Shown here in pieces: positions 1 to 15,055 of a stretch of 64,000 bases of DNA. The stretch is from contig OZ024743.1 of NCBI GenBank assembly GCA_964016885.1, forward strand, positions 3,906,001 to 3,970,000, in the 5' to 3' direction. Made by a program: the position numbers and the translations under genes. Below the pieces are notes generated by a model. That model saw only the letters and a list, made by a program, of their open reading frames with translations, ran no database searches and was not told the DNA's origin. The DNA comes from Eledone cirrhosa (taxonomy: Eukaryota). The stretch's first letter is position 1, and each line of letters opens with the position of its first letter.

Positions 1-459
1 AATCAAAAAAGAAGCAGGCAAATGGTGTTTGTTTAAGGAAACATCGATCCGCCTAAATGTTGACCTCCGCTTGATATCGTCCCAGTTGCGTTGGATATAT
101 TAGATGACTGCAAGGCCTTCGTTGCTTCAATTGGTCAGAGGTAACTCCAATTCCCGATCCATTTATGTTTTGATAAACTGCAGAGGGCCTCAATGATGAG
201 TTGGATATTGTGGATGCATACAGCTCTTGTCCTCTTGAAATCTTTAACTGTAATTTTGAATATTTCTTTAAAAGCTTCAATAATAATTAATATCAACTTA
301 CACTCACTACCTCAATTATTTTGCTATCCTACCGAATTACTATAATCTGGCATTGACTTATTCTCAATATGTTTAAACAAAATCAGAAATGTTCTGCTGT
401 ATGCACGTCGTTCAAACCGCCTCTCTCTTTTTTATACATATTCTTTATTATAGCCACGT

Positions 460-1314
<855 letters not shown>

Positions 1315-1324
1315 AATGAGTAGC

Positions 1325-1420
1325 ACCCCGACGGCTGAGCTCAAGCCGTTTCGACGGCTAATTCTGGACTAAATGAACATTTTTATCCTGGTAAATGAAT
1401 AGCCGAGCTTTTCAGGGGGT
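1325..1420 (-). ncRNA. Inverted copy of the same HHR (core CTGAAAA, C3/A8 mismatch)
   Basis: Reverse complement of 3599-3694 with a few substitutions. Confidence 0.6.
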
Positions 1421-1551
1421 AATATTCCATATATGATAAAAGTGATTGTCACAAGGATTGGTCAAAAGTTTGTTGTTGATACACATAATTCTATCATGGC
1501 ATTTTGTGGAAGGAAGGGGTAGCTGAACTTGCCAGTAGAAGAAAGTCCCTA

Positions 1552-2567
1552 ACCCGAGTAAACTTCCTGGACGTTACCCTTGACCTCGATAATGATCTGT
1601 ACTACCAATACAGGAAACCAAACGATAACCTGCACTACATCCACCGCCGGTCAAACCATCCTAGAAACATCAACAATAACCTGGTTAAAAAGATATCCCT
1701 CCGCATATCTCGTTTGTCCGCTAATGAGCAGATATTCGACGAACATGCGCCTTATTACAACCAGGCCCTCAGGCGGAGTGGCTTCCGGGAGGAAATATCC
1801 TACTGTCCAGCTTCCATTAGCGGAACCAGCAGGCGACACCGCCGCTCACGCAACGTAATATGGTTCAATCCTCCCCACAACGCCGAGGTGACAAAAAACA
1901 CTTCCCACTACAACACCGCTACCAAAACATAATCAACAAAAATACCATCAAACTCTCCTACAGCACCACACCTAACTTTGCACAAAACATCGTCTCCTCT
2001 AACAACAAAAAACTCAACCCCTATGGAAGAAATAACCTAGATAGCAGTGGAGAGCCGACCAGGAGGTGTAACTGTCCTGTTGGATCCATTTTCCCCCTCG
2101 ACAACAGATGCAGAGATCGTAATGTGATCTACCAGTGCAACGTGAGGACGGACACCTCCAACAAAGCTTATATTGGATTAACCGCTTGTGACTTCAAGAC
2201 CCGGCTATACCAACACAGACATACTTTCCGAAACCCGGCCCGGCGTCACGCCACTACACGTTCGGGCCACATCTGGGACCTTAAAGATAACAATAGAACC
2301 TATAATCACACTTGGAGCTTACTGTCCAGAGCCAACTCTTACACGGGAGGACGCCGTCCGTGTAACCTATGCTCGGAGGAAACATTACAAATGTTGTTTT
2401 CGACGGACCAACTCCTAAACAAGAAAGACGAACTGGTAACTGCATGCAAACACAGATTGCGTAGGACCTACCTCGCCCTCAAACCCCATAACGACCCGGG
2501 GGGGGGGGGGGGCTGTAACACCTCACTTGCCGACTTTGTAATGGGTAACCCCTGCTTACAAAGGTAG
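1552..2567 (+). pseudogene. RT thumb + GIY-YIG endonuclease fragment of the Naiad-like PLE (frameshift/deletion at about 1890)
   Basis: ORFs 1504-1932 and 1860-2567 carry the motifs listed above. Confidence 0.85.
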
Positions 2568-3598
2568 ACGTAAGATTTTCTTATATATTTTTTATCGTTT
2601 CCTCTATATTTCCTCCTTCCCCCATCCCTTCCTAGTTTTTCCACCCCAGTCCTCCTTCTTTGTTGTCGTTCTTTTCACCTTCTCGCCCACTCCGAGGCAG
2701 CCCTTCGGTCCTCCGTAGCCGCAGTACCCCCACCCCCACCCCCATTCTATGATAGAGTTGGCCGACTCCGCTTTTTATAGCAGATGTGCTAGACCCCAGA
2801 TACTTGCTTTCTTATCTGATTGCTGCCCCATTTCCGTGATTTCTAGATTGCTTAATATCTCTGCTTTAGTTTCTCGTATATCAGTATTTATTTATTTATT
2901 TTTATTTATTTATTTTTTTCGGGGGGGGGGGGGGGGGGGGATTCTGAATTAATTTTTCGTATTAATTTTTTCTTATATATCGTACGAGCATTTATGTAGT
3001 TTGCATTAGAATTTATGTATTGTAGCGGCACTCTTATATATCGTATTAGTATTCATTTTCGAGATCTGAATTAATATTTCGTATTAGTTTCGGGACCCTG
3101 AATTATTATTTCGTATTAGTTTTTTTTTAGTATTTTGGTCCCCTACTTGTTGACCTGTCATTGTAAGATAGATTAGGCCGGTACTACTAACTCATAAAAT
3201 TCTTTCACTACAATCTCGTATGTAGTACCTCGCCCCACATATTAAACTTTTCTATAGTCTAATGAGAGATTTGATGATTGTGGTAGGGGAATAGTAACCA
3301 GAAATTGTGTTTTTTTATATTTTTAACATTCTTATTTTTCTATATAGATTTACTCCATATAGATCTACTTATTGTTTCGACCCCCACCTCCCCCTCTTGA
3401 CCTCTTATCCTTAGGATTCTGCTGTAGTCGTCACTTTCAACGCACGACTGGGTTTCCTCCACTCCCTCTCCCACTTTCTTCTACTAGCAAGTTCAGCTAC
3501 CCCTTCCTTCCACAAAATGCCATGATAGAATTATGTGTATCAACAACAAACATTTGACCTATCCTTGTGACAATCACTTTTACCATATATGGAATATT

Positions 3599-3694
3599 AC
3601 CCCTTGAAAAGCTCAGCTATTTATTTACCAGGATAAAAATTTTCATTTAGTCCAGAATTAGCCGTCGAAACGGCTTGAGCTCAGCCGTCGGGGT
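3599..3694 (+). ncRNA. Type I hammerhead ribozyme with full stem III and U3-A8 core
   Basis: acccc-TTGAAAA-g..gcta[long loop]tagc..c-GAAA-cggct tgagctc agccg-TC-ggggt. The triplet is GUC. Confidence 0.75.
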
Positions 3695-3939
3695 CCTACT
3701 CGTTCCTATTACCCACTCTACTACCCTAAGTATTGAGTACTTTGGTGCGTTATGGTTCACCTGGTTCCGAACCACATTTCCTTCGTTATATATATATATA
3801 TATATAGTGAAGGACTAATGTCCGAAATATTAAGACACGTTTCCTACTATATCAAGTGTTAAACTAATATATATCTTCATTGTACTGTGTCGTCTTTCTG
3901 GGTATTTTTCGTTTAATTGTGGCACACACACGCACACGC

Positions 3940-3970
<31 letters not shown>

Positions 3971-3985
3971 TATATATGCATATAT

Positions 3986-4635
3986 TGCCTCACATCTCGG
4001 AGGTTGTTTTTCGTTATTTCGTGGGCCGAAATGCGAATCTCAATAATTTATGTTTGTATTTATCTCCAGACTCTAGCTGTTGACCAGTTAATTTTCTTGA
4101 TTTTTTAGTTGATTCTATTGACTGATGAATAGCTTATGTTAATTTTAACCCTTCTGTTGAGAACTCTATTCGATTGTGATGTTTTTGCATTTTTGCAAAA
4201 ATATACACAACTGAATTTATTCGCCTGATATAGGGGCTGCCTCCCTTGCTGATCCTCACGTGGAGTCAGCAATAGTCAGTCCTTGTATTAACATTGAGCT
4301 AAAACCCGTTGAGAAAGTGGCTTCCTTGTTCAATCATCTTACCAGAAGCCTGACATTATTTATGCAAGCGGACGGTACTTGATTTAGGAGCCGCAGAAAC
4401 CCAAATACTGGATTTTACCAACCTTCCAGGGGTCAGGGTAAATTTTCAATACCCGAATTACTTGATCGTTTTTTTTGGCTATGCGAATGCTTGTTTAACC
4501 ATCGTCTCAATGTGTTTGGCGTTTAACGTTTGTTATAGCTCTGGTTCATCTGAACCATTGAGCACTTGCCTCACATCTCGGAGGTTGTTTTTCGTTATTT
4601 CGTGGGCTGAAATACGAATCTCAATAATTTATGTT
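3986..4635. repeat. About 650-bp unit bounded by ~65-bp direct repeats
   Basis: ttgcctcacatctcggaggttgtttttcgttatttcgtggg at 3986 and 4567. Confidence 0.7.
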
Positions 4636-4641
4636 TATATA

Positions 4642-5149
<508 letters not shown>

Positions 5150-5166
5150 GTATGCATATATATATG

Positions 5167-6305
<1,139 letters not shown>

Positions 6306-6374
6306 TATATATATGTATATATGTGTGTTTGAATGTTTATGTGTATGTGTATGTATGCGTGTACGTGTGCCACG

Positions 6375-7609
6375 TTTATATGCCACAATTAAACGAAAAA
6401 TACCCAGAAAGAGGACACAGTACAATGAAGATATATATTAGTTTAACACTTGATATAGTAGGAAACGTGTCTTAACATTTCGGACACTAGTCCCTCACTA
6501 GAAGATTAAATGATGGATATAAGAAGTAGAGAGATTGACAAGGGTAAGAAAAGAAAAACTTCAGAGAGAAAACCCATGAGGGTTTAGTCAGCTAATTTGA
6601 GGAAGCGTGGGTCTGAATTTGTCTTGGATATAAGAAAGTTATTGAAAGGAACATAATCTTTGCGTATTTTGAGTTGACATTTGCACGTGTGCGCGCATGT
6701 GTGTGTGTAGCCAGGGGTGCATATACCTGTGCATAGCTGGGAAGTTATTGAGGTATGGTGTGCGGTGCTACTAGGAATGCGTATGTGTGCGAGTAAGTGA
6801 GCTGACCAACGCTGTAAGTGAGAGTAGGTGTACATGTGTGTGTATGTGCATATTCACACACTTGAGCGCATTTGACCTATGTATATGTACTTGTGCATAC
6901 ATATAGAGGATCAAGTAGAAGCAGTCGTTATGTGTTGTCGGGAAAAGAAGGTGGCGGTAAGCACATCCTTACTCAGTTACATGACGTGGCTATGGCCGTA
7001 TGAGGTAGGTGAAACATCACAATGATGCTGCGACGGCATATCATCAACTAAGAAGTGTTAAGTCACTGCGTACGTGGAGAAGGATAGAATAAGGATATGG
7101 TGGTGGTGGTGGCGGTGGTGGTGTGTCGGAATAAATGTTGCAAAGCATTTATAACCATCGGAGACCTAGCTCTGGTAACAGGTCCAGTCGCATGCGCAGA
7201 AGATAGAAGCACATATGCACCTTCAAGAGAGTGCCATCAAAGGTTTTGTATCAGTGGGGTATGATGCCTGCGTACGTGCGTATGTGTACGCGTATAAGGT
7301 CGCACATATGCGTATATGCACCTAAAAGTGTTTGGAAAATACAGGTGGAATGTGGTGTGTTAGGATGACCGTGTGCGCAGGTATATATACGTAAATGATG
7401 CAGTAGTGTATGTGTGTTTATACATATTTATTTGGATGGAAGTCTACAACTTGAGTGTGGTGCGACAGATGGGTCCAATAGGGGGATGGAGGAGTATGCA
7501 TGTGTGTGAGTAGGAATATGAATGTTATGTTTGTGTATAGGTATACACGTGTGTTTGACAGTTTGTACGAATGTTGTGTGTGTGAGTGTGTTTCTGTGTG
7601 CGTGTGTCT

Positions 7610-7680
<71 letters not shown>

Positions 7681-7935
7681 CAGGGATAAATGGAAGTTAT
7701 AGAAATAGTGGTGAAGATTATAGAAACTGTAGTGGAGAGTTGATGCCATTCGGGATGTTAGTTCCAAGTCGGAAAATCAAGTTCTGTTCAGCTCTGGAGT
7801 GAGTATTTGGGGATCCATGATGTAGAATGATATCAGAACCAGAAAGATGTTGCGTTGAATGATTGTGGGAACGGGAGTGATGGGTGTAGTTTGCCAAGAC
7901 AGGTTTTCTGCGAATAGCAAGGCGCCGGCCTGTTT
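6375..7935 (-). mobile_element. PLE 3' portion: GIY-YIG C-terminus (7718-7935) and long 3' UTR/pLTR; partial inverted copy at 9763-10160 (+), terminal fragment at 3805-3925 (+)
   Basis: HNHSTQHL..IILH..RAEQNLIFRLGTNIPNGINSPLQFL* is a typical Neptune endonuclease C-terminus; repeated copies match. Confidence 0.8.
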
Positions 7936-8041
7936 ATCTGATGTTAATGGATAAATGCATATATGATGAGATGACGATGCGGAATCAGGCCTCGAATATT
8001 ATGAGCGAACCATGAGCTGATGGATAGCGAAACAACTGTCA

Positions 8042-9062
8042 TCTATATATATAAAACTGTGGTTGTCTGTCTGTCTATCGATTTTTGGCACACATCTCCT
8101 CTTAGAATCTCTCACGGAATTGCACTGAAATTGCTATACTTGTACATTGAGCCCTAGCAAAGACATCGGAAAAAAAAAAATTTCAAATTGACCCACCCTA
8201 TGTGACGAAATCGAATATAATGTATCGATTTTTGAGCGTAAGTTATCAGTTATTTCCCTTTGTTCTGTTTACATTGAGCGTCTTACGTAAAAAATTACGC
8301 TGGCTTTCTCAGTCTTTGTTAATAAATAACCAGTGCAGTTTCTATCCCCAGCATCCTCTTTTGTTATAACATTCGGGTTATCGTTATGTTTTCTTAACTT
8401 CATAAGGCATATTGTTGGTTGAGGGAATATTAATCAAAAACACCACATGCAAGTCTGCACAGTAGACACTACAGTTTTTAAGCCAAAAAAGAAACCCTAA
8501 CATTGTAACTTTATCACAGCTACTGAGCGACCCCGTTTTGCTTCATTTCCATTTAAAAGCATTTTAAAACAATATTTTTACTTGAAAACAAGTCTATTTA
8601 AAGACTACGTAAAACAAGCAAATATTTCGTCGTTAGGCGTGCAGACAGACAGTCGTGCAGACAGACAGTCGTGCAGACAGACAGTCGTGCAGAGAGGTGA
8701 TATAGGCGTGCAGACAGACAGTCGTGCAGAGAGGTGATATAGGCGTGCAGACAGACATAACTGATAATTTGGTTACGCTAATGTTTTTCTCTGCGTTGCA
8801 GTGTTTACATTTTCGATCTTTGTTAATAAATAACCAGTGCAGTTTCTATCCCCAGCATCCTCTTTTGTTATAACATTCGGGTTATCGTTATGTTTTCTTA
8901 ACTTCATAAGGCATATTGTTGGTTGAGGGAATATTAATCAAAAACACCACATGCAAGTCTGCACAGTAGACACTACAGTTTTTAAGCCAAGAAAGAAACT
9001 TAACATTGTAACTTTAACACAGCTACTGAGCGACCCCGAGCAACGCCAGGCTTTACTGCTAG
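8042..9062 (+). mobile_element. Non-autonomous Helitron
   Basis: 5' TCTATATATATAAAA start; 3' CCCGAGCAACGCCAGG hairpin-like motif then CTAG. It is inserted between A and T with no TSD, and the empty site ctgtca|tatacaataaag is seen in the inverted copy at about 9730-9752. It has an internal 220-bp duplication (8314-8535/8818-9037) and 16-bp tandem repeats at 8637-8757. Confidence 0.8.
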
Positions 9063-9981
9063 TATACAATAAAGTTCATTTATGGTGCAACCTTCACTTC
9101 GTTCTGCTTACAGACCCCCCCACACACACACGCACACATATTTTAAAGAAATGGGGTTACTAATTTTATATATATATATATATATATCCGTATGCAGTTG
9201 ACGGTGGAGAGAAATACCAAAGTACAGTTTTAATATTCATTTTATTAAGGGTAGATAGTTAATTTTGTTGCTCTGGATTTTAGCCTGTGTCACAGGGTCA
9301 TCAAAAACTCACAATTTGACCTTAATAAAATGAATATATATGTATATATATATCCAAAATTAAATTAAGGTTGTCATGTCTGAGAGACATGCGCCATATT
9401 CACTGCAGAATAAGCTCAAAGATTTCAATGAATAGTTCCGAGCATTTTATATCAACTAGAAATAGTTTGACACATATATATATATATATAAAATAAACAC
9501 ATGAAACAATCTCAGGGAATAATTTGTAAAGTGTGTAAGCACACATAGCTAGGTAGGTAACTAATTAAAGTTTAACTAGAACTTCAAATATAGATACCTT
9601 TTAAAATGATTAATCTCCTTTGTATATATTTCTTTAAAATATGTGTGCGTGTGTGTGTTTGTGTGTATGTGTGTGTGTGTGTGTGGGGGGGGATCTGTAA
9701 GCAGAACGAAGTGAAGGTTGCACCATAATGAACTTTATTGTATATGACAGTCTATGTATATGACTTGGCAAACTACACCCATCACTCCCGTTCCCACAAT
9801 CATTCAACGCAACATCTTTCTGGTTCTGATATCATTCTACATCATGGATCCCCAAATACTCACTCCAGAGCTGAACAGAACTTGATTTTCCGACTTGGAA
9901 CTAACATCCCGAATGGCATCAACTCTCCACTACAGTTTCTATAATCTTCACCACTACTTCTATAACTTCCATTTATCCCTG

Positions 9982-10041
<60 letters not shown>

Positions 10042-10158
10042 TACAGACACACGCACACAGAAACACACTCACACACTCACACACACAACATTCGTAGAAA
10101 CTGACAAACACACAAACATAACATTCATATTCCTACTCACACACATGCATACCCCTCC

Positions 10159-10204
<46 letters not shown>

Positions 10205-10210
<6 letters not shown>

Positions 10211-10670
10211 AGATCAAAAGGTGGTTAAAGGAGTTCCATGTATTTTATTATGCGCATTTCAAAAACAAACATCATCATGCAATAATATTTGTGTTTTCAT
10301 CAGATAAAACAGGAGAACATGATATGAAGGCTAAAAAACACTTGTGGATAATGCAGTTTTAAATCAACATATATGTTGATTTGTTGATGATATGTTGATT
10401 TAAAACTGTTGATTTAAAACTGTTGATTTAAAACTGCACTATCCACAAGTGTTTTTTAGCCTTCATATCATGTTCTCCTGTTTTATCTGATGAAAACACA
10501 AGTATTATTGCATGATGATGTTTGTTTTTGAAATGCGCATAATAAAATACATGGAACTCCTTTAACCATCTTTTGATGTTATATTATGTATACTCCAGTC
10601 CTACAAACTGTGGAGTGCTTCTTATCCGATATCTGCATTGCTTTATTGTACTACAATAAAACTCACCTCC

Positions 10671-10727
<57 letters not shown>

Positions 10728-11220
10728 GTGAGGTTTTTTTTACAAAATGAAAAATAACCGAGTGAAAAGTATAAGGAAAAAAGTTTCATGTATTTTATTA
10801 TGCGCATTTCAAAAACAAACATCATCATGCAATAATATTTGTGTTTTCATCAGATAAAACAGGAGAACATGATATGAAGGCTAAAAAACACTTGTGGATA
10901 GTGCAGTTTTAAATCAACATATATGTTGATTTGTTGATGATATGTTGATTTAAAACTGTTGATTTAAAACTGTTGATTTAAAACTGCACTATACACAAGT
11001 GTTTTTTAGCCTTCATATCATGTTCTCCTGTTTTATCTGATGAAAACACAAATATTATTGCATGATGATGTTTGTTTTTGAAATGCGCATAATAAAATAC
11101 ATGGAACTCCTTTAACCATCTTTTGATCTTATATTATGTATACTCCAGTCCTACAAACTGTAGAGTGCTTCTTATCCGATATCTGCATTGCTTTATTGTA
11201 CTACAATAAAACTCACCTCC

Positions 11221-11223
<3 letters not shown>
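10205..11223. mobile_element. Two tandem fold-back PLE ends, four hammerhead copies
   Basis: Palindromes at about 10205-10673 and 10785-11223, separated by (TA)n. Confidence 0.82.
10481..10547 (+). ncRNA. Minimal hammerhead (copies at 11031-11097 +, 10243-10309 -, 10793-10859 -)
   Basis: ttttat-CTGATGA-aaaca..tgtttt(t)-GAAA-tgcgca-TA-ataaaa, with palindromic stem III AUGCGCAU. Confidence 0.82.
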
Positions 11224-11276
<53 letters not shown>

Positions 11277-11283
<7 letters not shown>

Positions 11284-11645
11284 GTGAGGTTTTTTTTACA
11301 AAATGAAAAATAACCGAGTGAAAGTATAACGAAAAAAGATGAAATCGAAAATGCAACTGGAGTCTTATTTAAAAAAATATATATATATTTATTTGGTTCC
11401 TTTTACCGGTTTCGCAGTTCTTCTGCTTTTCAAAAGTTGAGTTGAGATGGAGGGTCTAAAAACCACAGACCCTCCATCTCAACTCTACTTTTGAAAAGCA
11501 GTGCGAAAAGAACTGCGAAACCGGTAAAGAAACCAAATAAATATATATATATTTTTAAAAATAAGACTCCAGTTGCATTTTCGATTTCATCTTTTTTCGT
11601 TATACTTTCACTCGGTTATTTTTCATTTTGTAAAAAAAACCTCAC

Positions 11646-11652
<7 letters not shown>
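11277..11652. mobile_element. Fold-back (palindromic) pLTR-only insertion of the Neptune family with two U3-A8 HHR copies (11400-11437 -, 11488-11529 +)
   Basis: Both arms match the pLTR 3' end (ttagaaagtgagg...) and are flanked by (TA)n. The + copy has an extended stem II (gcagt/actgc) with a different loop. Confidence 0.85.
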
Positions 11653-11727
<75 letters not shown>

Positions 11728-12628
11728 TTATATATATATATAATTGATCGTGCCTCGAGCTGGTCGCCAGAGAAACGATTGTAATATGTCCAATAAATTC
11801 CATTCGTCGCAACACTGATTCTCTTTTCTTTGTGATATATATATATAAGTATTGGTGCGTCAACATAGCCTTATACATATATCTGTACGTGTTGTGTACA
11901 AGAAGTTTATGAAAAATATTTGACCGCCTTCCGCTATGAAATTTTAAATGCTGTGACCACCATCACACATCCTTAGTCTCAGTAAAAATCAGGGGAAGCA
12001 ACTGACAACGCTGTTTCTTTCTTGTTGGTTGTTGTCAAGTCTGAGTAAAAAATAAGCTAGAAGTTTATAAATTTCGCACATATGTATATGAGCTGATGAA
12101 GCTCATTTACATACGGAGCGGCCAGTCTTATATAAAAAAAAAATAGATTAGTATCGGTGCTCTAGCATAGCGTTATACACATGTACGTGCTTTATACATG
12201 ATGTTTATAAAAAAATGTTTTCACAACATTCCGCAATGAATTTATGTACGTATGTCTGAAGAAACTCGACATGATGATGATGATTATTATAATTATGATA
12301 CGTGTGTGTGTATGTGTGTGCTTGTGTGTGTGGGTGTGGGTGGGGGTTGCGGGGGGGGGGGGGTGAGTGATATGCTGAGAAGATAGTTTCTGTCTAATAG
12401 TTTCCGTGATAAGGGAACGACGAAACGAAATATAAGTGTAGATATAAAGAAATTAATATGGTAAGTGGAGGAGAACAAGATGAAGGCGTGCAGAAAGCGG
12501 AAGTAGTGAAAGTGAAACGAATGAAAAGAAAGTGTTTATGGTGAAATAGATAGCTTATAGTCAAACCGACAAGGAGAGATTGATATACAGATATACCGAC
12601 AGATAGAGAGAGAAAGAGAGGAAGAGGA

Positions 12629-12659
<31 letters not shown>

Positions 12660-13011
12660 GGGAGAGAGGGAGAGAGAGAGAGATTTAGACATAAAGACAG
12701 ACAAATTGATAGATAAATCCATACATATATACATTCATACACACATACATAAATACATACATATATACAAACATGTATAATAAAGACTCGCTGAAAGGTA
12801 CTGTTGATATAAAAGAATAAATGGGTAGGAAGACAGACAATAAAGATAGAGGGGAGGACAAACATAAAAGGGGAAATAATGCGAAGAAGCAGTCTAGCCT
12901 CCCACTCCTTTAATCATTCCATTCTTCCCACAATTCCGTGTATTGGGAAAAGCCTCCGTGTTGCTCACATTTACTGTAAGATCGATGCTGTGTTTACAGC
13001 GAGCGGTGGCC

Positions 13012-13157
13012 ATGGCTGACGGACTACCGTACCCCGCTCCACCTCCACCGACAGACCCACGTCTGCCACTCAGTCCTTTACAGGTGTTTAAACTAAAGAA
13101 ATCATGGAAAGGTATCAAGAGATCAATAGAACTAACCGGAGTGGAAATGTTTGTGAG
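13012..13157 (+). CDS. First coding exon of a globin (neuroglobin/globin X-like): N-terminal extension plus A and B helices
   Basis: gccATGG at 13012 gives MADGLPYPAPPPPTDPRLPLSPLQVFKLKKSWKGIKRSIELTGVEMFVR. It shows the globin A-helix Trp (KSW, A12), Gly B6 and Phe B10. The exon ends with AG|GTAGGT after the second base of the B12 codon, the conserved B12.2 globin intron. An in-frame ATG at 12985 and a possible acceptor TTTACAG at 12999 lie upstream. Confidence 0.88.
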
Positions 13158-13307
13158 GTAGGTAAACACATAAGAATGTCTCCGCAAACTATGTAAACAC
13201 CCACAGATATACTTACATTCACCTTTACCAACATACATGCTTACGATATCTCTCTCGTGCTCTCAACCCTACATACGTTGCACACACACACACACACACG
13301 CGCACAC

Positions 13308-13403
<96 letters not shown>

Positions 13404-13466
13404 GTCCCAAGGCTCTGATACCATCAACACTATAAACACAGAGCTGGCATATCTAAGAACTGACTA

Positions 13467-13522
13467 ACTGCCTGATGAGGTCATAGCCATTCAATGGCTA
13501 TCATCGAAATATATATACCAGT
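13467..13522 (+). ncRNA. Minimal hammerhead in globin intron 1
   Basis: actg c-CTGATGA-ggt c atagccatt c aatggctat c atc-GAAA-tatata-TA-c cagt, then AATAAA. Confidence 0.75.
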
Positions 13523-13581
13523 AAATAAAGGATTATGAGTTCATGCAATTGACTTATGTTTCGTCACTATATATATATATG

Positions 13582-13629
<48 letters not shown>

Positions 13630-13808
13630 AGTTTATCCCGGGTTCAATCGGGGGTAACCACAGTAAGTAAGGTACTCAATACACAGCAGAGTATAAATAT
13701 TTAATATAGAAATGGCTTCTACAGTACTAGAACTGTTTCATTCCCGAATGAAACAGTTCTAGTCCTGTAGAAGCCATTTCTATATTATATATATATATAT
13801 ATTTTTTC

Positions 13809-13862
<54 letters not shown>

Positions 13863-14268
13863 GATAGATAGAGAGATAGATAGATAGATAGATATATGTA
13901 CATGCATACAAAGTCCCTCTCGTAGTCTCAACCGTACCTACATACGTTGTGTGTGTATATATAATAAATATTGCCTGTACAGGTAATCAAAATGTGTATA
14001 TATATATATTTTTTTTTTTGACGGGGGGGACACTCTGTGTATATATGAACGCATAAGAGCCGACTAATACACACAGAAATATATAACAATATTAATTGTT
14101 GAAATCGTGTTTACGTTCATTCTACCTATATGTTGTCGCTCACTTGTTAATAGGCGCGCTGCTGTAATATAACTGTTGCTTTCACATAACAAGCCTTATC
14201 ACATCACGCTTTTAAACCTTACCAGCTTAATCTTTCGCTTATTCTATGTTCTGTGTTATCCCTGTTTG

Positions 14269-14474
<206 letters not shown>

Positions 14475-14627
14475 TTTAAATGTACGGGATTTAAACCTCT
14501 CTGACACTAATTTGCATAATAGACTAATAATAAAATTAGTAACCCCACTATCCGGGAGATTCCAACCGACATGGTAGCATTCTTTAAGGGTATGTCAATA
14601 TTTGTTTATAAAACTGATCTATATTAT

Positions 14628-14690
14628 ATTTTATCTGATGAAAGCGCACCATAATTTGCTTTGTTGTCCTTGAAATATGTATAATGAAAT
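14628..14690 (+). ncRNA. Degenerate minimal hammerhead
   Basis: attttat-CTGATGA-aag..ctt-GAAA-tatgta-TA-atgaaat, then AATAAA. Stem II is weak. Confidence 0.5.
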
Positions 14691-14966
14691 AAATATGGTT
14701 TTATAAATATAGTTTCCATTTGTTAATATATTATATGTATATATATGTGTGTGAGGAAATAGGTAAAAATGTATATGTATGTATATATATATGTATGTAT
14801 ATATGTATGTATTTATGCATGTATGTATATAGTTACGTATGTGTGTATGTATGTATATATTTACGTATATGTGTGTATGTATGTATATAATTATGTATGT
14901 ATATATTTATGAATGCATGTATATATTTATGCATGTATGTATAAATTTATGTATGCATGCATGTTT

Positions 14967-15055
<89 letters not shown>

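Noticed and set aside
53-250. Possible terminal exon on the minus strand (ttacag acceptor near 249)
   Set aside because: No recognisable homology and no partner exons; cannot be supported.
1860-3550. Selenocysteine/SECIS in the Naiad-like PLE
   Set aside because: No in-frame TGA in the surviving endonuclease region and no convincing AUGA-AA-GA SECIS stem seen by eye; a SECISearch run would settle it.
12093-12130. CTGATGA motifs at 12093, 4122, 21485 and 40043 (-)
   Set aside because: No correctly placed GAAA and stems, so not called as hammerheads.
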